In this document: one piece after another, positions 55,222 to 64,000 of the stretch
Layout: each line of letters starts with the position of its first letter
How positions within the stretch are numbered: position 1 is the stretch's first letter
Source: an uncultured Actinomycetes bacterium
GTDB lineage: Bacteria > Actinomycetota > Thermoleophilia > RBG-16-64-13
DNA: 64,000 nucleotides
Assembly (NCBI GenBank): GCA_963706025.1
Contig: CAVPLM010000008.1
Span: 1 to 64,000, forward strand
Direction: 5' to 3'
Program-made: the position numbers and the translations under genes
The notes under the pieces: generated by a model
Databases searched by the model: none
The model's input: the letters and a program-made list of their open reading frames with translations, nothing else
What the model was told of the DNA's origin: nothing

Positions 55222-57648
55222 TCAGCTTGACCGGTCTTGCTCCTGCTTGGCGAGGAAACGAGCAAGTGGGCGCTTTGCGAGCTCGGTGAAGAGCAGATAG
55301 AGCAGCGCGAGCCCCAGGATGGTGCCCAGGTGGGCCATCGTCGGCCTGGTGAACTCGAAGAACTCCGCAGTCCAGGGGATGAGAGGCAGAGCTACGGTAA
55401 TGACGAGCGCGGCCGCCGAGAGATACACGACGAGCGGCGCCGGCCAGCCAGCCTTCTCGATCGGCAGCATCGACCGAATCGAAAACAGAAGAAGGAGTTC
55501 GGTGATCACGCTGGCGATGAACCAGTTGGTCTGCAGCACTTCCGGCGAGATCTGGTAGAAGAGACCGAAATAGAGGAAGTCAAAGACTGTGCTTATGAGC
55601 CCCAGAGTTATGAAGATGATGTAGAGCGAACGAAAATCGTAGCGCTGCGGGCGGGCCACTTCCTGCTCCGAGACGCGGTCAAAGGCGATGGCCATCATGG
55701 GAAAATCAGAGAGAAGATTGAGCAGCAGCAACTGCTTGGGTAGCATGGGCAGGAAACTGATAAAAAGCGACCCGATGGCTACCGCATAGAAGTTGCCGAA
55801 GTTGGATATGAGCGTGGCCCGGATGTATTTGAGCGTGTTCGCGTGCGTCTCCCGCCCCACGCGGATGCCGCCGACGATCACGCGCAGGTCGTTCTTCAGA
55901 AGGACGATGTCCGCGGTCTCGCGGGCTACATCCGCCGCTGATTCCACCACCATGGAGGCGTGCGCAGCCTTGAGGGCCGGTGCGTCGTTTATGCCCTCGC
56001 CCAGAAAGCCTACGGTGAACTGCTCCTTGAGAAGTTCTATCAGCTCCAGCTTCTGTTCGGGTCTGGTGCGGGCAAATACGCGGATCGCGCCGACCCGACT
56101 GTGCTGCTCGTGAACGGGTAGGGCCAGGAACGCCGTCGCCTCCATCACTTCGTCGGGGTCGGTCACCAGTCCCGCATCTCGTCCCACGGCTTCGGCAACC
56201 ATCAAGGCATCGCCGGTGATGATGGTTATCGCTACGTTAAGGCGCCTGGCCTCCGCCACCGTCTCAAGAGTGGTGGCCTTGAGCTTATCCTCGAACGAGA
56301 CAAAGCCGCCGAACTGAGTGGCGCCGTCCGCCGAGTAGCTCACGCCCAGCACCCGATGGCCGTGCCGCTCTTCGTCCGCGAGCCAGTCCGCCACCTGCCC
56401 ATGATCGATCAGTCCCTGTTCGAAGAAGTACTCAGGGCTGCCCCGCCGGACACGCAGCTGGAGCCCATCATCGCGGCGCACCACGGCTCCGTTGCTGCGG
56501 AGCGCGGGATCGAAGGCCTCTTCTTCCAGCAACTCGAAACGGCCCACCTCGGCTCGCTGCTCAGAGGAGAGTCCTTCGTCCGCCGCCCGATCGAAAGGTT
56601 CGGGGATGCGTTCTTCCAGATCGTGAGCGGCCAGGCGGGCAAGCACCAGCGGATGGAAGCCTGATGCCGAAACCAGATAGTCGTTCACGTGGACCAGGCG
56701 GTTCTCGGTGATGGTGCCGGTCTTGTCGGTACAGAGCAGATTGACCGATCCGAGATCCTGCACGGCGGAAAGGCGCTTGACGATCACGTCGTTCTGAGCA
56801 AACTGGAGGGCGCCGCGCGAAAGGGAGAAGGTGAGGACCAAGGGTAGGGCCTCGGGGATGACGGAGACCGCCAGGGCGATGGCGAAGATGAGCAGGTGCG
56901 AAATATCCGTATCGCCGCCTTCGATAAGGATGTTCGCGACAACGATGAACACGAGGGTGATGATGGTCATCCGCAGGATGAACTTGCTGATGCGATCGAC
57001 CCCTTTTACGAGTTCGCTCTCGGCCTGGACCGAGGAGGCCTTCGCGGATATGGCGGCAAGTTGCGTGTTCACGCCGATGGCGGTGACTTCCGCCAGCGCG
57101 TTGCCGCGGACTATGACCACTCCCTGCAGGAGGCGATGCTCGTCAGTCACATTTTGAGCTGCAGCGGGGGCAGCCTGTTTGGCCACGGGAATGCTCTCGC
57201 CGGTGAAGGTGGTCTCGTCCACGAGCAGGTCGCGGGCTTCCCGCACGATGGCGTCCGCAGGGACGATGTCGCCCGATTCCAGTTTCAGGATGTCGCCGGG
57301 GACGAGCTCCTCAGTCGGCACTTCCTGTTCTTTACCGTCACGCCGGACGGTGACCGTGCGCACGAGGTATGACTTGAGCTTGTCCGCGGCAGCGTTTGCC
57401 TTGTACTCTTGAAACACGTTGAGTCCGGTCCCAACGAAAACAAAGAACAAGATGAACGAGGCATCGATGGGCTCGCCCAGCGCCAAGGTCACAGCGGCCG
57501 CAGCCAGCAGCAGAAGATTGAAGATGCCTCGGAACTGCCTCAGGATCAGCCGAGCCAGGCGATATCGCGGCTCGGGTAGGGCATTGGGCCCATAGCGAGA
57601 GCGGCGCTCCGTGACTTCAGTTGAAGAGAGTCCTTCTAGCTCGCGCAT
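55222..57648 (-). CDS. P-type ATPase, MgtA/P3B-like
   Basis: FTGES, VIPEALP, CTDKTGTIT, ITGD, GEGINDAPAL, SNFGN, FLPMLP. Confidence 0.88.
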   Translation of the reverse strand: MRELEGLSSTEVTERRSRYGPNALPEPRYRLARLILRQFRGIFNLLLLAAAAVTLALGEPIDASFILFFVFVGTGLNVFQEYKANAAADKLKSYLVRTVTVRRDGKEQEVPTEELVPGDILKLESGDIVPADAIVREARDLLVDETTFTGESIPVAKQAAPAAAQNVTDEHRLLQGVVIVRGNALAEVTAIGVNTQLAAISAKASSVQAESELVKGVDRISKFILRMTIITLVFIVVANILIEGGDTDISHLLIFAIALAVSVIPEALPLVLTFSLSRGALQFAQNDVIVKRLSAVQDLGSVNLLCTDKTGTITENRLVHVNDYLVSASGFHPLVLARLAAHDLEERIPEPFDRAADEGLSSEQRAEVGRFELLEEEAFDPALRSNGAVVRRDDGLQLRVRRGSPEYFFEQGLIDHGQVADWLADEERHGHRVLGVSYSADGATQFGGFVSFEDKLKATTLETVAEARRLNVAITIITGDALMVAEAVGRDAGLVTDPDEVMEATAFLALPVHEQHSRVGAIRVFARTRPEQKLELIELLKEQFTVGFLGEGINDAPALKAAHASMVVESAADVARETADIVLLKNDLRVIVGGIRVGRETHANTLKYIRATLISNFGNFYAVAIGSLFISFLPMLPKQLLLLNLLSDFPMMAIAFDRVSEQEVARPQRYDFRSLYIIFITLGLISTVFDFLYFGLFYQISPEVLQTNWFIASVITELLLLFSIRSMLPIEKAGWPAPLVVYLSAAALVITVALPLIPWTAEFFEFTRPTMAHLGTILGLALLYLLFTELAKRPLARFLAKQEQDRSS

Positions 57649-57951
57649 GACCCTTCCTTGTTTCGACCCCGGTTCGGGCCGGCTTCGAGAGTTCTCTGTC
57701 CGCAACTTTAGCCCACTCAGACGAGAACGGCGTACTGGGCCGCCTCATACCTCCCCCGCCGGAGAACCGCCGCGTTGCGAAGACGCGGTGAGCGATGGGG
57801 CAGGCAACCAGACAGGCGAAGCGGGCCACTACCATGCCAGGGCGATGGTCCGCCCGGATCTAGACGTGCTGGAGCTCATGCGCGCCTGTCTGCGTGCGTC
57901 GTTGTCGGAGCGTGGTTTCGAACTCCCCGAGGGCTTTTCGACCCAAACCCA

Positions 57952-58100
57952 AAAACCGTTGTGCGCCTTTGGCGGTACCGGGGTTCGAATCCCCCCTTCT
58001 CCGCTTGGGAAAGCTGGGAATCGGGTTTGGGGACCCGGTCCGCATGGCCGGGTTTTCGCGTCTTTCAGGCGAGTTCGGTGGCAGGTCGGGGGCAAACTCG
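57952..58100 (+). repeat. Array module copy F (diverged tRNA-Ser 3' half from the anticodon loop plus arm segment)
   Basis: AAAACCGTTGTG...GCGGTACCGGGGTTCGAATCCCCCCTTCTCCGCT...CGAGTTCGGTGGCAGGTCGGGGGCAAACTCG. Confidence 0.9.
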
Positions 58101-58268
58101 TCAACACGCCAGCACGAAACGGACGAAGACGGACTCCCACTCACGAGTCAGCGTGCGGCGCGCCGGTCATCAGCGAGCCTGTCACCAGGCGCCGGCGACG
58201 CTTGTGTGTCCAACACCCCATGCTAGAGTGAGTTCGTCTGGTCTTCGTAACCATTCGCACCAGGGGTG

Positions 58269-59927
58269 ATGACGATGGCAGAACGTAGGCAAGCCACCGA
58301 CCTTTCCTATTCATCGTTGATGAGGGAAGGCGGTGCGGCAGACAACGGATCAACATCGAAGACGCTGCGGTTCATGGTAGGGAGGCTATCTATGGCCTCC
58401 TCACCCGGACTGGTCAAGCTCGCCAATAGTCGTGTCGTCCAGGGAGTGGTCGCCCGGGAAGTGCAGAAGTATCTGCTGAGCAAGCTCAAGGCTTCTCGCT
58501 CAGATTCCCGCTATCTGCCGAGCGTTCAAGATGATCGCATAGCCATGGGGATAGCCATCATGGAATCGCTTCGTCGTGGCCTGAGAGGAAAGCATCTCTC
58601 GGACGCCTTTCTACGAGGGATGCTCCAGGTCCTGATCAAGACACTCTTCCTTGATCGGGGGAATCCAGAACAGCAGCAGCAGTTCCAGGAAGCCTTCGGC
58701 AAGCGGGCTCCGAGCTTCCTACTAATGGCCCCCGGGAAAGCCTGCAACCTTCGCTGCCCGGGCTGCTATTCCGACTCGGACGACAACAGGAACAAGCTCG
58801 AATGGAGCCTCGTCGATCGCATCATGGAAGAGGCCAAGAGCCTGTGGGGAGAGCGGTTCTTCGTCATCAGCGGCGGAGAGCCCTTTGTCTACCGTTCCGA
58901 AGGCAAGGACATCATGGAGCTTTTCGAGAAGCACCAGGACTGCTTCTTCATGGTCTATACGAACGGTACCCTCATCGATGATCGAGTCAGCAAGCGACTC
59001 TCCGAAGCCGGCAATGCGCTGTTGTGCCTTTCGGTGGAAGGCTTCAGGGAGCGCACCGACGCACGTCGGGGTGCCGGGGTATTCGACCGGGTCTGCGAGA
59101 CAATGGACCGGCTAAATCGGGACAGGGTGCCCTTCGGCATCTCGTTGACGGCCACGCGCGACAACGTGGAAGAGATCCTGTCAGACGAGTTCATAGACTT
59201 CATGATGAAAAAGGGCGCCTTACTGGGCTTCATTTTCCACTACATGCCCATTGGCCGCTCCTTCTCCCTTGATCTGATGCCGACCCCGGAACAACGGGCC
59301 TGGATGTGGAAACGTTCGTGGGAGATCGTGCGAGAGAAGCAGCTCTTCCTGCCCGACTTCTGGAACCACGGTACGTGTGTCGATGGCTGCATAGCTGCCG
59401 GAGGGCATGGCCAGGGCGGCTATTTCTACATAGACTGGAACGGCGCCGTGACGCCGTGCGTGTTCATGCCTTACTCCCCGGTGAACATCCACGATGTGTA
59501 CGCGCGAGGCAGGACGCTGAACGACGTGTGGCAAGAGCCCTTCTTCCAAGCCGTTCGCCAGTGGCAGTACGAGTACATCGACGACGGGAGGAGCATGTTG
59601 GCCCCATGCCCCAACCGCGACCATCACGATGAGCTGGAACGATTGCTGATTGAGTACGAACCAGAGCCGACCGACACCAACGCTGCCGAGACACTGATAG
59701 ACCGCGAATACACGCGCGGGTTGGTGGCCTACAGCCGGAGACTCGAAGCGATCACGGGTGGCATCTGGGAGAAGCACTACTTGCAGCGCAAGGCTGCCGA
59801 GAACGAGCTCTTTGCTCCGTTGCCAGACATACCGGTCGTCGAGGAAACAGCGCCTCACGAGGAGTGTGGGTATCCCGAAGAACCAGACGGCGTGCCACGG
59901 TCGGAAAGCACGAGCGTCCCCGTCTGA
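58269..59927 (+). CDS. Radical SAM protein with SPASM/twitch-like C-terminus
   Basis: CNLRCPGC, ISGGEP, YTNGT, GCIAAG...YIDWNGAVTPCVF. Confidence 0.9.
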   Translation: MTMAERRQATDLSYSSLMREGGAADNGSTSKTLRFMVGRLSMASSPGLVKLANSRVVQGVVAREVQKYLLSKLKASRSDSRYLPSVQDDRIAMGIAIMESLRRGLRGKHLSDAFLRGMLQVLIKTLFLDRGNPEQQQQFQEAFGKRAPSFLLMAPGKACNLRCPGCYSDSDDNRNKLEWSLVDRIMEEAKSLWGERFFVISGGEPFVYRSEGKDIMELFEKHQDCFFMVYTNGTLIDDRVSKRLSEAGNALLCLSVEGFRERTDARRGAGVFDRVCETMDRLNRDRVPFGISLTATRDNVEEILSDEFIDFMMKKGALLGFIFHYMPIGRSFSLDLMPTPEQRAWMWKRSWEIVREKQLFLPDFWNHGTCVDGCIAAGGHGQGGYFYIDWNGAVTPCVFMPYSPVNIHDVYARGRTLNDVWQEPFFQAVRQWQYEYIDDGRSMLAPCPNRDHHDELERLLIEYEPEPTDTNAAETLIDREYTRGLVAYSRRLEAITGGIWEKHYLQRKAAENELFAPLPDIPVVEETAPHEECGYPEEPDGVPRSESTSVPV

Positions 59928-60230
59928 TCCTGTTCCTGGATACATCGTCTCATGTGGCTAGCCCCCCGCGAAGCGGCCGATCGCAAGGGCGCAGTCGATG
60001 TGGCGGCCGGCTTCCATTGGGCAAGAGGACACCGGACCACATAGCGGCACGAGCTTGCGCCCGTCGCTGCGACGAGGCTGGGAATGGCCGCCCTGGACAC
60101 ACGCGGACGCAGAGGCGTAGGATGAATGCGGCAGCGGACCTCGGCGACTGGAATACAGCTGCAGGTTATGCCGGCCGTAGGCGTTATCCGACGAGCCGTC
60201 TTCAGTCCGTTACGCGAAGGGGGGTGGCAC

Positions 60231-60764
60231 GTGGGCAAGCAGAAGCTGATACTCCTGCTCATCAACGTCATTGGGGGGATCGCTGTCATCGGCAGCTACA
60301 TCCTCGGGCTGAGCGGGGATTCGGGCACGGATGTGCTCTGGGGCGGAGTCCCGGAGAGCATCCGGCCCGTCTACGCGGTCTCCATGGTCTTCTCAGCCAT
60401 CGGGTATTTCGCCTTCCTCAACCTGCTCCTCCTGCGCGTGGACCCCAAGGAGGTGACCGTAGGCCGCCGCTTCGGGTACAGCATCTTCTATCCTATCTTC
60501 GTCCTGATTCTTATCCCCTCAGCCTTCTGGATGCCGCTCACCAACCTGTACGTGGACGATCCCAGCAGTGGTACCTGGGCGGGCATCCGCGTCGTGCTGT
60601 TCCTGGTGGGGCTGGCCTCCATCGCGCTGGCGTGGGCCCTGTTTACTCTTCGGCCGGGAAACCGAGGCAAGGCCTACTGGGCGGCCGTAGTGGGTAGCTG
60701 CTATTTCGCCTTCCACACCTTCGTGCTGGACGCGATCCTGTGGGCCGCGCTGTTCCAGAGCTGA
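60231..60764 (+). CDS. Five-TM hypothetical membrane protein
   Basis: GTG start; INVIGGIAVIGSY...LWGGVP...SAFWMPLT...FHTFVLDAILW. Confidence 0.7.
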   Translation: MGKQKLILLLINVIGGIAVIGSYILGLSGDSGTDVLWGGVPESIRPVYAVSMVFSAIGYFAFLNLLLLRVDPKEVTVGRRFGYSIFYPIFVLILIPSAFWMPLTNLYVDDPSSGTWAGIRVVLFLVGLASIALAWALFTLRPGNRGKAYWAAVVGSCYFAFHTFVLDAILWAALFQS

Positions 60765-60786
60765 CCAAGCTCCCGACGGTCCATCG

Positions 60787-61542
60787 CTAGTTGCCGGTCG
60801 AGGCGAGCGCGCGTAGCAGGCGCAGGGTGGCGGCTACGGTCTGGCTCTGCTGGTCTTCACGACTGATCGTGGCGACCCCGTCCCCAGGCTGCTCTCCATA
60901 CCAGCCGAACTGAGCGTGGTTGCCGCCGTCGACGATCACGAACTCGGCGCCCCCGGGCAGCAGGGGCGTCGTCCGAACGATGTCATCCGGAGTCGTCAGG
61001 CCGTCTTCGGTCGCAGAGACCGAGGTCACCCGGCCTTCCCAGGGAGAGAGATCGTCGCCGGACGAAGGATAGGCCGCCCACAATACGAGGCCCTCTACCG
61101 CTGGGGGATCCGAGGCCACGAAGGCAGCGGCCATGGCTCCCCCCAGTGAATGCCCGCCCACGGCCCACCGGCGGATCTCGGGGAACTCTGCGATGACATC
61201 CGCAGCCCGATCGGAGTCCAATACGGCCAGGTTGAGGGGCATGGGCGCAATTGCGACCAAGAAGCCCTGCGCAGCCAGGGCGCGCATGGCAGGAGCGTAG
61301 GAAACCGGGTCGATGCGGGCCCCGGGATAGAAGACGAGACCTATGGTCGGGGTCGTCTCGTTCGGCCGGAACAGGATCACATCGTCCTGGATGACCGTCA
61401 CCTGCTCGTCCGTCACCATGGCCGCGACCGCCTCGGGCATCGGTCCCAAGGGGGTCTCCGCCCAAATCACGAAACCTAGCACGGCTGCGAGCACCACCGC
61501 GCCAAGCGCGACCAGCGCCCACACCCACCATCTGCGCTTCAC
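60787..61542 (-). CDS. Alpha/beta hydrolase with N-terminal anchor
   Basis: FYPGA, GGHSLGG nucleophile elbow, GGNHAQFG. Confidence 0.88.
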   Translation of the reverse strand: MKRRWWVWALVALGAVVLAAVLGFVIWAETPLGPMPEAVAAMVTDEQVTVIQDDVILFRPNETTPTIGLVFYPGARIDPVSYAPAMRALAAQGFLVAIAPMPLNLAVLDSDRAADVIAEFPEIRRWAVGGHSLGGAMAAAFVASDPPAVEGLVLWAAYPSSGDDLSPWEGRVTSVSATEDGLTTPDDIVRTTPLLPGGAEFVIVDGGNHAQFGWYGEQPGDGVATISREDQQSQTVAATLRLLRALASTGN

Positions 61543-61568
61543 CGTGATGCCCCCAGCACGGCTGCGCG

Positions 61569-62454
61569 CTACCGCTGCCTACGTCCGAGGAAGGGGACCA
61601 GGACCGGTGTCCGCCGTTTGTAGGCCTCGTACGCTTCCTGGCCGCCCCAGGTCGTGTCGGCCTTCTTCTCAAGGAGCGGCACGCCGCTCACCCGGGTGAT
61701 GAGCAGATAGACGAAGACCGGCGAGATGAGCGTCACGAACTGCCAGCCCCGCAGCACCGGCAGGGCGATGAGGGCGATGCCGATCCAGAGGGTGATCTCC
61801 CCGAAGTAGTTGGGGTGCCGGGAGATGGCCCACACACCCGAGGTGATGAACGAGCCCTGGTGGGCAGGGTCGGCCCGGAAACGGCTCTTCTCGAGGTCGG
61901 CGACGGCTTCGAGCCCGAAACCGATCGCCCACACCCCCAGGCCTACGAACGCGAAGCAGGTCGAGTCCCTGGGGCTCGGTCGAGGTCACGGCCGCCAGCG
62001 CGGCGGCCAGGGTCAGGCTCACCCACAGCCCTTGCAGCGTCCAGGTCATAAAGAGGCGGGGAGCGGAGCGCTTGATCTCATCGAAGCGGTCGTCCTTGCC
62101 CGCTCGGCGCACCCGGCGAAAGAGGAAGGGTCCCAAACGTCCGGCCCACACGAGTACCAGCACCAGCAGCAGGATGGAGCGGGCGTCGCTGGCCCCGCTC
62201 AAAACGACGGCAAGCACGATGCCCGAGATGTAGGTGAAGCTGCCGGTAAGATCGTAGAAGCGCTCGGTCTGCCCGAGGTAGGAGGGTACGAAGGCCAGCC
62301 ACTGCACGAGGAAGGCGTAGCCGACGATAAGCGCGAAGACCGGCATGACCCCAACAGTGACCCCACCCTGGGAGCCGGCCCAGGCGACCAGGCCGGCGAC
62401 CAGAACGACCACGAGCGAAGCGGCGATCGACGAGGCGCTCTTTTTGCCGGCCAT
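61569..62454 (-). CDS. DUF1295/steroid 5-alpha-reductase-like membrane protein, frameshift near 61950
   Basis: TERFYDLTGS, WAGRLG, DDRFD, then ADLEK...SRHPNYFGE...SGVPLLE. Confidence 0.85.
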
Positions 62455-62494
62455 CTGCTGCTCCTCGGGGACGGTATTCGGTGCGCGCGAACTC

Positions 62495-62553
62495 GAAAGC
62501 CATGGTAGCAGGACGCGTCGGGCGAGTTCGGGGGCAACTCGGGGGCAGACTCG
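62495..62553 (+). repeat. Array module copy G (collapsed arm segment)
   Basis: GAAAGCCA...TCGGGCGAGTTCGGGGGCAACTCGGGGGCAGACTCG. Confidence 0.8.
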
Positions 62554-62656
62554 CAGGCACTCAGTTCGTTCATGTGTGAAGTACGTCCGCTCGGCGGGTG
62601 CAGAGGTATACTCATTAGTAGGAAGTCAGCTCCTGCATCTCACGGGGGAGCGGGAA

Positions 62657-63001
62657 ATGAGGAAAGCAGCAGCGGCTCTGGGACTGTTCGGTGGCTGGTG
62701 GGGTCTGATCTTCGCCGTCGTAGCCGCCACGGAGACAAGGGACTTTTCGACACCAACCCCATGGTTGCCCCTGGTCGCCATCGTAATGTGCGTGGCGGGT
62801 CTTGTGGCTACGGCTCTGGCGCTAAGCCGTCCACAACCTTCCTGGATCATCATGGGGGCCGCCGGTGTGCTGCTTGTCGTGGCTACTTTGGTCTCCTATA
62901 CGTCCTACTCAGATCAGTCGGATCTCTGGCGCTGGCTACTCCCCGGAATCCTTCTCATCGCGGGGTCAGCCCTCGAGTTTGCGGTCGGACGAGCAAGGTG
63001 A
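62657..63001 (+). CDS. Four-TM hypothetical membrane protein
   Basis: RBS GGGGAG; MRKAAAALGLFGGWWGL..., four hydrophobic segments. Confidence 0.65.
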   Translation: MRKAAAALGLFGGWWGLIFAVVAATETRDFSTPTPWLPLVAIVMCVAGLVATALALSRPQPSWIIMGAAGVLLVVATLVSYTSYSDQSDLWRWLLPGILLIAGSALEFAVGRAR

Positions 63002-63125
63002 AAGGTGTTGCCCAAAGCTCACCGTGAACCGTAGGAAGCGCCCTATGGATTTCAGCGAACCCGCGCCAAAGGCGAAGGAATAGCGACCGGGTTAGGGAGA
63101 CAGTTGAAGCTCCTGCGCCCTCGGC

Positions 63126-63252
63126 GTACCGGGGGTTCGAATCCCCCCCTTTCCGCTTCCGCAGGCCAAGAACGGCACGGCAGCGCCTGGCCCATGAGGT
63201 CGAGCTTCTCGCTTCATTCGGGCGAGTTCGGGGGCAACTCGGGGGAAACTCG
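63126..63252 (+). repeat. Array module copy H (tRNA-Ser T-arm/acceptor plus arm segment)
   Basis: GTACCGGGGGTTCGAATCCCCCCCTTTCCGCT...GCCAAGAACGGC...CGAGTTCGGGGGCAACTCGGGGGAAACTCG. Confidence 0.9.
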
Positions 63253-63500
63253 ACGGCACGCAAAACGGGTACCGGGACTTGACACTCGACAGCACGGAAA
63301 GAGACGAGACGGACGAGGACACCGAATGGCAGCCATGCTTCTCCCACCATGCGGGTATAGAATCAGATTGGACCTGTGGCAAATGTTCCAGGGCCGAGAT
63401 AGGCCCTCCGAATAGGCAGCATAACGGAGTACGATTCTCGGATGGTTTATTCATTGGCCGTATATCGGGTGGGAACGCCAACTCGGATCTTAGTAATACC

Positions 63501-64000
63501 TTGCTAAACTCAAAGGTGCTTCTCAGATATGCTGTCCTTCACCTCGCAGAGCTGGCACTACTAGTCGGCGCGCTGGTTGTGGTCAAGCGCTTCATAGGTA
63601 TCTCCACCTGGCTAATCATTACTATTCTGGCACTATGGATAATCAAGGATATGGTCATGTTCACCAAAGTTTGGAGGGCCTATTCCTCTGAGGATAATGA
63701 TCCTATGAGGCAGCTCATAGGTTTAGAGGCGACCGTAATGGTTAGCCTTAACCCGATTGGATATGTGAGAGCAAGAGGCGAGCTGTGGAAAGCGGAGGTC
63801 AGAAATCCTCTTTATCCTGCGAAAAGGGGCGAGAGAACGAGAGTGATTGATATCAAAGGAATGACACTGATAGTAGAGAGGTGCAACGATGATCCAGCGC
63901 CGCTCGTCCAAGACCGCGATGTGTCCCTGGCAGTGCCCGGGAACCTCGTAGATCCGGAGTGTCACCCCACCGAGGTCGATCGTGTCTCTCTCACCGACCG
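63501..64000 (+). CDS. NfeD-like membrane protein (TMs plus OB fold), AT-richer, frame open to the window end
   Basis: Manual translation ...LIGLEATVMVSLNPIGYVRARGELWKAEV...GERTRVIDIKGMTLIVE. Confidence 0.75.
   Translation, partial: MLNSKVLLRYAVLHLAELALLVGALVVVKRFIGISTWLIITILALWIIKDMVMFTKVWRAYSSEDNDPMRQLIGLEATVMVSLNPIGYVRARGELWKAEVRNPLYPAKRGERTRVIDIKGMTLIVERCNDDPAPLVQDRDVSLAVPGNLVDPECHPTEVDRVSLTD

Noticed and set aside
57700-57950. Possible integrase remnant before copy F (also 47040-47410 and 54690-54875)
   Set aside because: No tyrosine-recombinase R-H-R-Y motifs recognisable in the translated frames.

Overview
High-GC bacterial window. SLH-anchored proteins, Thr-rich Tat lipoproteins and an anaerobic Mo-enzyme remnant suggest a deep-branching actinobacterium such as Thermoleophilia (inference only). 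Several genes carry single-base frameshifts typical of long-read assembly. The left 41 kb holds a UvrD-like helicase, tatA, two P2-type ATPases, tRNA-Ser(GCT)/tRNA-Arg(ACG) followed by an accessory patch, SLH surface proteins, a class III aminotransferase, carB, an ABC substrate-binding protein, a doubly truncated pyrogallol-hydroxytransferase-like operon, a CocE hydrolase, tadA, a CDF transporter, msrB, a CoA transferase and a FitAB/VapBC module. Main discovery: downstream of tRNA-Ser(CGA) at 41198-41287, eight co-oriented copies of a conserved module (the 3' half of that tRNA and/or a segment with 11-bp-periodic TCGGGGGCAA repeats) divide about 22 kb into 0.6-4.6 kb blocks of unrelated cargo genes. 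No integrase or transposase is recognisable in the window, so this looks like a tRNA-anchored, integron-like cassette array. Two other strong leads: an in-frame UGA followed by an fdhF-like SECIS hairpin inside a surface beta-propeller gene (candidate new selenoprotein), and an unannotated rod-shaped sRNA of about 150 nt with its own promoter and terminator.
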